Shown one piece after another: positions 23,960 to 36,200 of a stretch of DNA of 64,000 nucleotides (positions within the stretch are counted from its first letter, which is position 1; each line of letters starts with the position of its first letter). Origin of the DNA: Lama glama (lineage: Eukaryota); contig CM052817.1 of the NCBI GenBank assembly GCA_028534125.1, forward strand, positions 49,354,001 to 49,418,000, read 5' to 3'. Position numbers and translations under genes: made by a program. The notes beneath the pieces are model-generated. The model did not search any database and was not told the origin of the DNA. It saw only the letters and a program-made list of their open reading frames with translations.

Positions 23960-26285
23960 GAACTGTTAGAACTAACAAGCAAATTCAGGAAGGATATAAA
24001 ATTCATATACAAAAATCTGCTGTGTTTTAATACACTAATAACAAACTATCAGAAAGGAAAATTAAGAAAACAACCTATTTATAATTGCATTGAAAAGAAA
24101 ATATCTAGCAATAAATTTAACCAAGGTGGAAAGATCTATACTCTGAACACTAAGAGACACTGATGAAAGAAACTGAAGAAGACACAAATGAATAGGAAGA
24201 TATTCCATGATCATGGATTGGAAGAACTATTACTGTTAAAATGTCCATACTAACCAAAGTGAACTACAGATTTAATACAGTCCCTACCAAAATCCCAAAG
24301 GCATTTTTCCCAGAAATGGAACAAAAAAATCCTAATGTTTGTATGGAATCACAAAAGACAACCAAATAGCCAAAGCAATCTTAAGAAAAAAGGACAAAGC
24401 TGGAGGCATCACATACCCTGATTTCAAACTATACTACAAATCTATAGTAATCAAAACAGTAGGTATTGGCATCAAAACAGACACATAGATCAATGGAACA
24501 GAACAGAGAGTCCAGAAACAAACCCACACATATATGGTCAACTAATTTACAACAAAAGAGCAAAGAATACATCATGGGATTGGGCAATCTCTTCAATAAA
24601 TGATGCTGGGAAAACTAGATGCCCACATGCAAAAGAATGAAACTGGATGTCTTACACCACACACAAAAGTTAACTCAAAATGGATTAAAGAGTTGAAACA
24701 ATAAAACTACTAGAAAAGAAAAAAAAAAAACACAGATGGTAAGATCCTTGACATTAGAATGGCAATGGTGTTTTGGATCATTCCGAAAGCAAAGGCAATA
24801 AAAGCAAAATAAACAAGTGAGACTACAAGCAACCTTGTTTTATTGCACTTCATTTTACTGCCCTTCACAGATACTGCATGTTTTACAAATTGAAAGTTTG
24901 TGGAAATCTTGCTTTGTCAGATGATGATCAGCATTTTTTAGCAATAAAGTATTTTTAAACTAAGGTACATACATTGTTCTTTAAACATATTGCCATTGCA
25001 TACTTAATAAATTATAATATAGTGTAAACATAACTTACATACACTGGGAAACCAAAAAATTTGTGTGACTAGTTTTATTGATAATTTTATTGCAGTGGTC
25101 TGGAACTGAACCTGCAGTATCTCTGAGGTGTGCCTGTACATGAAACTAAAAAACCTCTGCTCAACAAAGGAAATTATCAACAAAATTAAAAAGCAACCTA
25201 CAGAATTGGAGGAAATATTTGCAAATCATATCTGATAAGGTGTTAGCACCCAAAATATATTTTTTTAAAAAACTCATAAAATAGCCACACAAAAAAACTA
25301 ATTAAAAAATGTCAGATCTGAATAGCCATTTTCCAGTGAAAGCATACAGATGGCCAACAGGTATATGAAAACTGCTCATCATCACTAATCATTGGAGAAA
25401 TGCAAATCAAACAATGAGATATCACCTCACACCTGTTAGGATGGCTATTATTAGAAAGACAAGAAATAACAAGTTTTGGTGAGGATATAGAGAAAAGGGA
25501 GCCCTCCTGCACTGTTGGTGAGACTATAAATCAGTGCAGCCACTACAGAAAACAATATGGCAGTTTCTAAAAAACATTTTAAGAATAGAATTACCATACA
25601 TTCCAGCAATTTCACTTCTGGGTATTTACCCAAAGAAAATGAGAACATTGATTCAGGAAGATATATCCACCTCCATGTTCACTGCAAATTTACAACAGCC
25701 AAGGTACAGACATAAGTGAATAAAGAAAATGTGTATATAGACACAGCGGAGTATTGTTCAGCCATAAGAATGAATGAAATATTGCTATTTGTAACATGGA
25801 CGGACCTTGATGGCATTACACTCAAGTGAAATTAAGTCAGACAGAGAAAGACAAAACACTGTACAATATAACTTATATGTAGAGTCCAGAAGAAAAAAAT
25901 TTAAAGTAAAACTTTTATAAAGCTCAAAAATACAGAAAATAGGTTGGTGGCTACCAAAGATGGCAGGTGGTGGGGGTGGGCAACATGGGTGGTGGGGGTG
26001 TGTGAAGTGGGTGAAGAGGGTAAAAAGTACAAACGTTCAGTTACAAAAGAAACAAGTCATGGAGATACCATACACAGCATGGTGACTACAGCTAATACCA
26101 CACTGACTATTTGAAAGTTGTTAGGAGAGTAAATCTTCAAAGTCCTCATCACAAGAAAAGAAAGTATAACTACGTACCGTGATGGGTGATAACTAGACTG
26201 ACTGTGGTGATGATTTCACAACACAAATACCAAATCATGTTGGACACCTGAAACTAATATTGTCATATTTCAATTAAAAAACAAA
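23960..26285 (+). mobile_element. 5'-truncated L1 (ORF2 3' half and 3'UTR)
   Basis: aactgttagaacta..., aaagctggaggcatcacataccctgatttcaaactatactacaaa, acagacacatagatcaatggaacagaa, and 3'UTR to caattaaaaa. ORF broken. Confidence 0.9.
24826..25136 (+). mobile_element. Internally deleted Tigger1-derived MITE inserted in L1
   Basis: Ends caagcaaccttg.../...ctgaggtgtgcctg resemble the Tigger1 TIR caggcatacctc; TA duplicated at 24824-25 and 25137-38. The L1 sequence gacta|catgaaactaaaa rejoins when it is removed. Confidence 0.85.
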
Positions 26286-26904
26286 TCAATATAAATTTGT
26301 AATTTTGAATGCTTTTAAAAATATTTTGATTTTTTTCCCTTCGTTCCTAATCAATATCACATCTAGACTATTTTGCCAGATTGCACCAGGAAACATTCCC
26401 AAACGCAGAGGACAAATAAGCTTTCCCTTCCTCCTCTCAGACTGTAGGCTATTGCAATAAAAACAATGTGGCTCCAAGTCTGACCTTGTCGCATCCTAAC
26501 AATAAAGTCTGAAGCATCTATCAGAAAGAGATGATGTGAAGAGTAAACATGACATCATTAAAGTTCTCCTCCTTTCTCTTTTCGCCCTTCCCCAGATTTT
26601 TACTATGCAAACTCAGTGTGCCCTGAGTACCATTCCCCCACATCAACACTTGTGTCTGATGAGTTCAAGTGCAAAACATATCCCTGTGTCACTTCAATAG
26701 CTGAAATGTACTTTGTTTTATCAAGATCTGTTTGTTCCTATTGATCCTGCACTCACTCATCCACTGCTTTACTCAGATCTATGACCCTTTCCCAGTGATT
26801 TTCCCGTTTCTGTAAATCGTCAACTGTATTTATGGTATCTTTGGTTCAAGGCCCAGTGAGGTAGAAAAGTTCCTCGAAGATTACATAAAGTTCTACCCTA
26901 TTCT

Positions 26905-27345
26905 ATGATGCAAGACAGAATGGGTTATCCTACTGTTTGTTGGATCTATCCTTAAACTAACAGTTCCCTGAAGCTGGCAAAATAGTTTTAACAGTTCCAG
27001 GCTTTGCTTTCGCATCCTTTAGTTCCCTGATGTGAAAAAAAAAAAAAAAGTATCTATTCCAGTGACTGTCCTAAGAGCAGGCAAATCTTTCCCAGAAATT
27101 CTCGGGAAAACTCCCATGACATCTCACTGGCCTAAGGATGGTAAACTGCCCAGTTCTAAGCCAAGCCATGGCAAAAGGAATGCCAGGCCCTATGTGATTA
27201 GGAGTTCCTGAGGAAAAGGGGTAACACAGGCCGGTCAAGTCCATTCTCCAAGGATGGGGACAGCTATTCCTGAATTGCATGGGTTCTGGTAGGGTGGGGA
27301 TACTTGAGTGATAACTGAAGAACTGTTAGAATGTATAAAAAGGAT
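26905..27345. mobile_element. MLT1-like (MaLR) LTR remnant
   Basis: aatctttcccagaa...catctcactggcc...ctaagccaagccatggcaaaaggaatg resembles MLT1 subfamilies. Confidence 0.45.
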
Positions 27346-27692
27346 GGAGGCTACATAGGAAACCAGTAACATTCACAGTAACTATTATTTAGACTTTATT
27401 AATAAAATGAAGTCAGTGCATCTGTTCTCAAATCATCACTCTAGCCGTATGACCTCACTGTGGTGTCGAAATACAGCTGCTACAGAATAGGTAATGTATG
27501 TTTCTAAAGATGTCTGTTTACAAAGTATGAAAAGAGCCCAAGTTCTTGCATGAGTTTTTCTACAAAACAGAATATGGGTTTGTGATTTTGAAATAAGAAA
27601 TGATGCAAATGGGGATTTAACTTTAAATCCAAAATCCCAAAAAGGAAGTTTACATTCAGTAAAATTTTATGTGCATCTAAATAGCTTTGAAA

Positions 27693-27699
27693 ACACACA

Positions 27700-27744
<45 letters not shown>
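27693..27744. repeat. (AC)n microsatellite
   Basis: About 25 AC units with one interruption. Confidence 0.97.
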
Positions 27745-27746
<2 letters not shown>

Positions 27747-29034
27747 CAAACTGAGTATTACGAGGTTAAAATCAATCCCAATATTATTCTGTCATCATAG
27801 ATTTCAGTTAAAAACTCTCAGAAGTTACACAGAGGAAAAACACATCACTTCTCCAGTAAAATACTCTAAATAGGATGTTCCCATAAAAACCACTTAAGTT
27901 CCTTAATTTTGTACCAAAATTCTCACACACTTCTGAAAACCACTACAGACGAAGTGGGTAGACGGAATTTTTGCAGTCTATTAGCCAGTTGTTAATATTT
28001 TGTTGATTTAATATTTCCAACCGAAGGGGGAAAAAAAAGAAAATCTGAGCTCATATTCCAGAATCAGAGTCCCTTGGAAATTCTGTGAGGCTAACTGCAG
28101 CCCCCTGCCCTGTCTTTTGCCACACATTTTAAAAACAAAGTTCCTTTGAGTGACTTCAGTGGAAGCCAAGATCTGGAAGTTTCCTGACCTTTCATAACCT
28201 GAATATCATTTGTAGGATTGAGTTGTCTTTCAGATGCCACAGACAGGTTTAGGACATAGAGAAGAAACTGAAAGGGAACCGCAAAGACTTAAAAGCATGA
28301 AAAGGAGGGGAAAAAAATAAATGACCCATATTACAGAGGATGGAATGCTCTAAATTGTTTAAGCTCTAAGATTCCAATTCCTACTACAAGGAACTTGAAG
28401 TCTAAAAGCTTGGACAAATAATGTCACAGGTGTCTAATTTTTAATACATATAACAAATTACATTTGGGATGTTTTCTATCCAAGTCAAACCAAATTTTAA
28501 AAATTGGGATAAAATCATCCATGTGTGTCAGTCACCCTGACCTTGGAGTCGGGAACTCCAGCATAGTCAGTCAAATGCTGGCAACTTACACTTCCTTCTT
28601 ATTCCATGTTTCAATGCTTAGGATGATAATTTTAAGACTAAGCCTGAGAATAAAATCATCATAGGGGAAAGCAAAGCCAACAGAGAAGTGACATTGATTC
28701 ACTCTCTTGAAGTTTTACTCTAGCCAATAAAATCCTGACTGAATTTCTATAAATTCTTAATAATTGAATTTTGTTTTTGACTTGAACATGTTGGTGATGC
28801 ACAGATTTTTAGAATCAATATTGTGGAATACATGAAAGAAACTATGCTTTTCACAGCAAGGAAAGCTGCCATAAATATCTTCAAATAGCTAATCAGGATT
28901 TCCATTTTACATTTCTATTATTTTGACTCCTCTGCATAGGAGAAAAAAAAATATCATGCAATCTTTTACACCATGGTCCTGTCAGTTTTTTTTCATCCAA
29001 AAAAATCAGGAGGAGAGAAACCAGTTACTTTGAA

Positions 29035-29764
29035 GATAAATGCTGGAAAAGGCATGGAGAAAAGGGAACCCACCTACACTGTTGGTGGGAATGTAAACTG
29101 GTGCAGTCACTAGGGAGAGTAGTATGAAGTTTCTCTAAAAAAAAAAAAAACTAAGAGTTCCCATAGGATCCAGCAATCCTACTCCTGGGCATATATCCAA
29201 AGAAAACTGTAATATGAATAGATATATGCACTCTAATGTTTGTAACAGCACTATTTACAATAGCCAAGACATGGAAACAACCTAAATGTCCATCGACAGA
29301 TGACTGGATAAAGAAGGTGTGATATATACAATGGAGTATTACTCAGTTATACAAAGGAATGAAATAACACCATTTGCAGAAACATGGATGGCCCTAGAGA
29401 TTATCACACTAAGCCAGTGACAGACAAGTATCAAAACACTTATATGTGTATCTAAAAAAATGATACAAATGAACTTATTTACAAAACATAAATAGTATCA
29501 CAGACATAGAAAACAAACTTATGGTTACCAAAGGGGAAATTTGGGGGATGAATAAATTAGGAGTTTGGAACTAACACATTTAATATAGATAACCAACAAG
29601 GGCCTACTCTATAGCACAGGGGACTGTATTCAGTATCTTGTAGTAATCTATGCAAGAAAAGAATCTGAAAAAGAATAGATTTACCTATATACAGAACTGA
29701 ATCACTTTGCTGTACACCTGAAACACTGTAAATCAACCATACCTCAATTTTTAAAAATGAAAAA
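29035..29764 (+). mobile_element. L1 3' end
   Basis: aaatgctggaaaaggcatggagaaaagggaaccc...gaatcactttgctgtacacctgaaacactgtaaatcaacc and an A-rich tail. Confidence 0.88.
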
Positions 29765-31568
29765 GTTTCTGATATTGTAAAAAATATATATATACTTATA
29801 TACAAAATAGTAAGGGAACTTTATTTTGTATAGGCTTGCATTTTTTAAAAAACTTTTAAAAATCAGTATTTTTTCTGAATGTGGGGAAAATGAGTCTTTA
29901 ATGTTTGGTATGTCTGCTGTATTCCTTCATCTTGCTTGGGCTCCTGACTGATTATGTCACTAGTCACCTAAAACTAGTAATTTGTTTTGGAAAATCAGGA
30001 CACCAAAACAGTATGGTTCTTAAAAGCCAATTGGAAATCAATGCATAAACGACCTGTGGTTTCATCTTGACCTGGCAGTTACCTCTTTTAGAAGGGTAAA
30101 CCCAATGGAGCCTTAGCAGAGTAGGTCTTTCTTAGTATCTCTGTGGTTGTCCTCTCAGCTATGAATTTACAGACTGAACATCTGAAGGGCATGTGCAGGG
30201 AATGTGCTGAGAAGCCCTCAGATTTAATAAATAATTTTTAAAACCAGAAAAAAAAGATCAGAAGGAGGAGAAACCAATTATTTTGAGGATTAAATCAGCT
30301 AACATTAAGCATACAGAATTGTATCTGGTACTTAAATAGGAAATCAGAAATAGGAAATAGAAACCTGAAGGAAATACATTTAATACTCTTGGTAGAACCC
30401 AGCATCATCATTTAAAAATATTTATTAATACTCTACTTTTCCAAGAGATGAGGTGACTTCTTCAAAAAATACCAAATTGGATAAAAACATGGGTTGAATC
30501 TTGGCTCCATCAATTATCAACTTCACAATCTTGGACAAGTTACTTGCTTCTTTGGGCCTCTCTATCTTAAAAATAGGGAGTTGGATGTCATATGAAGGTG
30601 AAATAAGTCAGTACACGAAAGCCACTAAGTGCCTTTAAATGCTAAGCGCTCAATATAACTTGTATTTTATTATTACTGTTATTATTTCAGGAAGATGACT
30701 ACTGGTCATTTACCTACCGATCTTGTGTAACTGGTCACCTCATAAAGTAACATTTTTAGTGATTCCTCTACATTTTAGAAATTTTTCAGTTTAAGAACTT
30801 GAAAAGAAAACCTTAGATATTAATGTGTAAAACTAGTGAAAATTAACAAAGTATCAGTGAAATGACCTAAATTGTATTACCAGCTGGTTTAGTTTAAATA
30901 AAGGCAAATACTGAAAGTAGAACCCAATTTTCTTAACACATAGTTAAATATTCTTTCGTCTCTCCCTACACTCATAGATTTAAAATAAACCCTTAGGCTT
31001 TATTTTTGAAATAGGTAAATAAAACCACTAATTACAAGTGCATGGAAAAATATTCTAAATGCCAGTTAGAATATGGAAGCAGTAAACTGATAGTTTTAAA
31101 TATCCTTCCACAGTGAAGTTCTTATGTTCGAGACTAATAAATAGAGTAAGTACCAAACTGTGATTCTGATTAGTACAGGACACAATTACAAATATGACAA
31201 TATATGAAAACAAAAAATGTGGTCAAATATTCAGATATCCCAAATGTTTAAATATTCAACATAATAAAGGCCAAAATTCTAAGTATAACTCAAAATAAAA
31301 CACAAAAATATTTTTCATAAACTGTGTTTTATATAGCTTGTTACTACTGACAGGGAATGATGAACTTAAAATAACTATGTGGTTTAAATTTTACGTAAAA
31401 TAGAAAATATCTAAGGTAGCTAACTTATCAAAGATGAAAACAGAAAACCTGAGAGAAGAAAGCAATTCTGTGACCAGAGTAGAACCAAAAATTTTATCAG
31501 GTGAACACTTAACCAACATAGGAAACTAACTCCATTGTGTACCATTAGTTCTTGTATTAGAAAGTTAA

Positions 31569-32053
31569 TTAAAGAACCTGTGGTATATTTATACAATGGA
31601 ATACTACTCAGCCATAATAAATAATAAAATAATGCCATTTGCAGCAACACGGATGAACCTGGAGATTGTCATTCTAAGTGAAGCAAGCCAGAAAGAGAAA
31701 GAAAAATCCATATATCACTTACATGTGGAATCTAAAAAACAGAAAAACAAAGACAAACTTATTTACAAAATAGAAACAGACTCACACAGAAAACAAACTA
31801 TGGTTACCAGGGGGAAGGGATAAAGTAGGAGTTCAGATTTGCAGATACTAACTAATATATACAAAATAGATAAACAAGTTTATACTGTATAGCACAGGGA
31901 AATATATTTAATAACCTGTAGTAACTTATGGTGAAAAGGAGTATGAAAACAAACATATGTATGTTCCTATATGACTGAAGTATTGTGCTGTACACCAGAA
32001 ACTGACACAACACTGTAAACTGATTATACTTCAATAAAAATATACATAAAAAA
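31569..32053 (+). mobile_element. Younger L1 3' end with TSD
   Basis: tgtggtatatttatacaatggaatactactcagcc...ttatacttcaataaaaa and A tail; TSD agaaagttaa at 31559-31568 and 32054-32063. Confidence 0.9.
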
Positions 32054-32227
32054 AGAAAGTTAAATGACCTAGGTTAATTGCTAAAATATGCAAAAAAAAA
32101 AAAAGGCAAATGGGGCCCCTATAATCCCTAAACACAAAGCATTCTTTGATGCCCACTAATACATAAGAAAACAAACTTGCTTCCAGACAAGAAAGAAACA
32201 CAACGGATAAGTGTCAATCTTTACCAA

Positions 32228-32233
32228 TTTATT
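32228..32233 (-). terminator. YTHDC1: Candidate proximal polyadenylation signal of YTHDC1
   Basis: AATAAA on minus ~750 nt past the stop, followed on minus by GT/T-rich sequence (gttgtgtttctttcttgt). A second AATAAA lies at 32376-32381. Confidence 0.65.
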
Positions 32234-32981
32234 TTATACAAAACAGTAGCAATGTAGAATATGGGAATTATCTTCCGCTGCCGCACACACAAGTTGTGAA
32301 CATTCCAGGACGATGTGTACAGTGTGGAGGGGAAGGCTAAAGCGATGGCATCAACCATGCTACTGAACATGGGAATTTATTTAAAAAGATTAAAAATTAG
32401 ATAGCAATGTCTTCTTAATATTGCTCTCATCATTGAAGATGGAAGAAAAATAAAAAGTGACTTTTTTTAAGATTAAAAAAAAAAAGGAAAGGGAGAAACC
32501 AAGAGGCTGCTACAACACTGCCATACAGTCAAACCATCATACTTCAATATTTGCATACCTGATAGCAGCATTATTTTTACTGAACCGTGTGCAACTACAT
32601 TTAGAAACACATCAAAGCAAAATATCATGGCAGTCATCAGTTAAGATCCAAAAGGAAGAAAACAAACAAAAATAACTCTAGGATGAACACACTATAAGTA
32701 GATAAACATTACGGAGAATGAATCAATATCTACATTCTTGGACTGTTCCATTCTGCCCCAGTAAGTGTCAACTCAAATTGTCAGCTGTGCATTTTTGGAG
32801 GATTTGAGTTTTTCCAGTTCTTATTATACTGCATGCTTGGAACAAAGAGGGTCATAATAAATCCTTCTACACAATGAACTTTAAGCAGACAGCTGAAAAT
32901 AAATTTACTACTTGTAAACACACACAAAAAGAAAAATACAAGATATTTTATCTTTAAACAATCAGTGCTTCCAAAAGCGCA

Positions 32982-33206
32982 TTATCTTCTATATCGACCT
33001 CTCTCCCCTCGGTCTCTGTCCCGATCACATAATCGCTCTCTTTCTCTTTCTCTATCACGTCCTCTATCTCGCTCTCTGTCTCTTCTGTTATCTCTAGGAC
33101 GGTCACGTTCTCGCTCCCGATCTCTTTCACGGGGTCTACTTCTCCGACCACTGACAACAGCTTGTGTTCGACGAAGGAAATCATCCACCCTCATATCATA
33201 ATCATG
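32982..33206 (-). CDS. YTHDC1: YTHDC1 exon 17 (coding part, with stop)
   Basis: [20 protein letters not shown]...RGRYRR* after a tag acceptor. Confidence 0.97.
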   Translation of the reverse strand, partial: HDYDMRVDDFLRRTQAVVSGRRSRPRERDRERERDRPRDNRRDRERDRGRDRERERERLCDRDRDRGERGRYRR

Positions 33207-36200
33207 CTAAAAAAGGTAAGAAATGGGTAAGGTATGTCAAAATCAAATGGAATTTATGAGTCCCTTTATTATAATTGTCTGGTAGAGAGAAAGAATCTAG
33301 AGAAATATACTTATGCATTAATTCAGAATGTAATTCTGACGCTGTTTAGAAAAAGGATTTCGATGTCTTACTCATTAGACACCTACAGCAGAGGATTATT
33401 CAAATCTCGTTAAAAATTACTTCACGTAGTTAGTTTTCTATTTAATTTCTCCATCCAATCCCTTTAATAAGATTTAGGCCAAAATAATCACCTAGTGGGG
33501 ACCATCAACCACATGATCAATACATGAATACACGTTGCCAATTACATTAAATGTCATCAACGTTTTTCTGCAACATGGTGAACCCTGTTTTTCCTCCTTT
33601 GATTCTACAAACTAAACTAAGCCAACTCTGCCCTCTTAAGGTGAAATTAGGAATTTTTCCATTCTGGATTTTCTCTCAAACTAAATCACTGTTAATGACA
33701 AACAGTTCAGGCATTTCATAGAATTTTGAGAAAGTATGTACTGCAGTAAGATTGTGGAGTCTACTCCACACAGAGCTAATAATCCACAAAAGGTTGAGGA
33801 GGACAGCGAAGGGTAAGATTAAGCAACTGAGGTGCAAAGTTGCCATGCGGCTACTTTAAGTCTGATACCTCCTCTAGGCTTTCTACTCTTAGTTCGCAAC
33901 TCATCTCTACTTACTGAACTTGGTCTCTTCAAAACTCAGCTTGAATGTACAGGATATAAGGTTCAACAATTCCACATTACCTTTCATATATAATAAATAA
34001 GTAAATATTACGTAAGCATGAAACATAAATACTAATCAAAAAGCAAGTACATAAACGTGCATGAAACAGAACTTGTTAAAAAGGACGAGTATATTTTGTA
34101 AAAGAATCTCAGGAAAACTTCCTATTGTGAAAATAATATGATCATTCACAAAAGGGATTTTTTTTAAACACAACCCAGTAATCTAGTGAACTAAGATTTC
34201 ATCATACACAGGCTGTATATTTCTTTTTCTGTGACTGAAAAAAAAAACCCACTGAAGTCTATTAGTCATTAGGATTCACAGACTGTTTTACTGAATATTG
34301 AAAGTTCTAGTATGACTTTATTTTGAAGGATTAATATCTGTATAAGGATAACGAAATAAATGACAGACCAAAGTATCTCAATGACAGGCTAGGAAACTAC
34401 TGCTCTGATGGGCCCTATCAAATATGCAAGCCCTTCACCATCTGGGAAGATAAAAGGAGTTTATGTGGCCCAGCACAGAGTCAGAGAGTGTGTGCGCGCG
34501 TGTGCGTGTGCGTGCATAACATTTAAAAAACAAACTTGACCCAACTATGTTGAAGACCCAGAAATCTCAAACTAGAGACTGTCTTTCATTCATCCTATTT
34601 TGAAGTTACTGAAAAAAAAGCTTTCATATCAACTATCGGAACCAAAATCTATTAAGGGACAATTACTTTTCTGCTGCATTGCTTCTTATCTGTTTGTCGT
34701 TTGCTGTATCATCGTAAGAATCAAGAGATAGAGAGGTGAAATAATTCATTTGATTACTAGCTTTAACAAAATATGGTAGAACCAGAAATAAATGACTAAA
34801 TGAGATTAGAGTTTATCTATTAACTAAATATATACCATCTATCGTACGAAAATTGAGTCAGCCAGAATATATAGAGCTTAGAAATATCTATCTGTAATAT
34901 TAATTACAGAGTTACATTTAAAGATTCAAGCACAAAAAGAAAACATCCTAGTTTATGGTATCTTTAGGACACTACCTAGTTTGCTGTATCACTAGGACAT
35001 TACCTGAAAGTTGTATGTAGGAGTTGCCTCAACCTAAGCAGTTCATGCTTGATCAGTGAAAGAAATATAGTCTAGTTAAACGGGATTAGTCACTTTTAGT
35101 AAAAACAAACAGTGAACTGCTTCAAAGTCTGCAGTAAGCAGTAAGAATATGAAACATTCCACCACTCAATGTGCCCTGGTATGCCCCACATTTAAATTTT
35201 CTACAGAATTATTAGCAGATGCCTCACATCTCTGCCTTCTTATGCACTTACTACTCGTTTATCTCTGTATCTGGCTTCATGTGGTACTGGGTGATGTCCT
35301 GAGTAAGGGGGATGAGCTTGAGGAGGTGGAGCATGGTGCTGATAGTAAGGATGGTGTGGAGGTTGTTCCATCCCAGGATAAGGAGTCTAAAAAAAGAAAA
35401 CTTCCATGAGCATCTACCGAACACCCTTGTAAACAAACCATTTTTAGAATTCCCCTATCCAAATCACCCATCCCAAACAATTTAATCTGTACTAGCCTTC
35501 CACTTTGATGGTATTAGGATTCTTCACAATATTATATTTGCTTATTGAAAATACATGTGCAATAAACTATCCAACTGGATACATATCTTGTAAGATTTAA
35601 CATGTTTATACTTTTTAACACATTATTTAAATTCTAATAGACATAGCAAGCCGTTACTACACACTGATTAATTACTATGAACCAGGCACTATCCTAAGCA
35701 CTTCACACATCTCATTTAATTCTCACAGCAACCGTACCAGATAGGTACTGTTACATAATCATAGTTTACAAAAGGGCAAACTGAGGCACCAAAATGGTCA
35801 AGTAATTGGCTTAAGATCACATTGCTATTAAAGGAGTGGAAGTTAGATACAGCATCAAGCACTCTGGCTCTGGAATCAGTCATCTTAACCACTATGCACA
35901 AATCTATTCTTTAAAAAAAAAAAAAAAAATCCAGGAGCGAATAAACTTTTAAATGCCATTATAAAATGAGTAAGAACAAATAAAAGGTACTTCTCCCCCT
36001 AGTTAGCGTCAACATAATAAATACTTTGTTTATTTTAATTTCATAGAATCTAAAGGAAAGAAATTTATAATTCATCTATCTGTGTACAATACCTTAAGTG
36101 AAACAAAAGTCAGATGTAAAGGTCACATTACAGGCAGCACTTAAAATAAAAAAATGTTTAAAAAGAAAGAAACAGTAAGAACTACTTCCAAGTTTTTTAT

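Noticed and set aside
32954..33201. Overlapping RS-like and EI-rich ORFs
   Set aside because: Shadow frames of the RE/RD repeat in exon 17.
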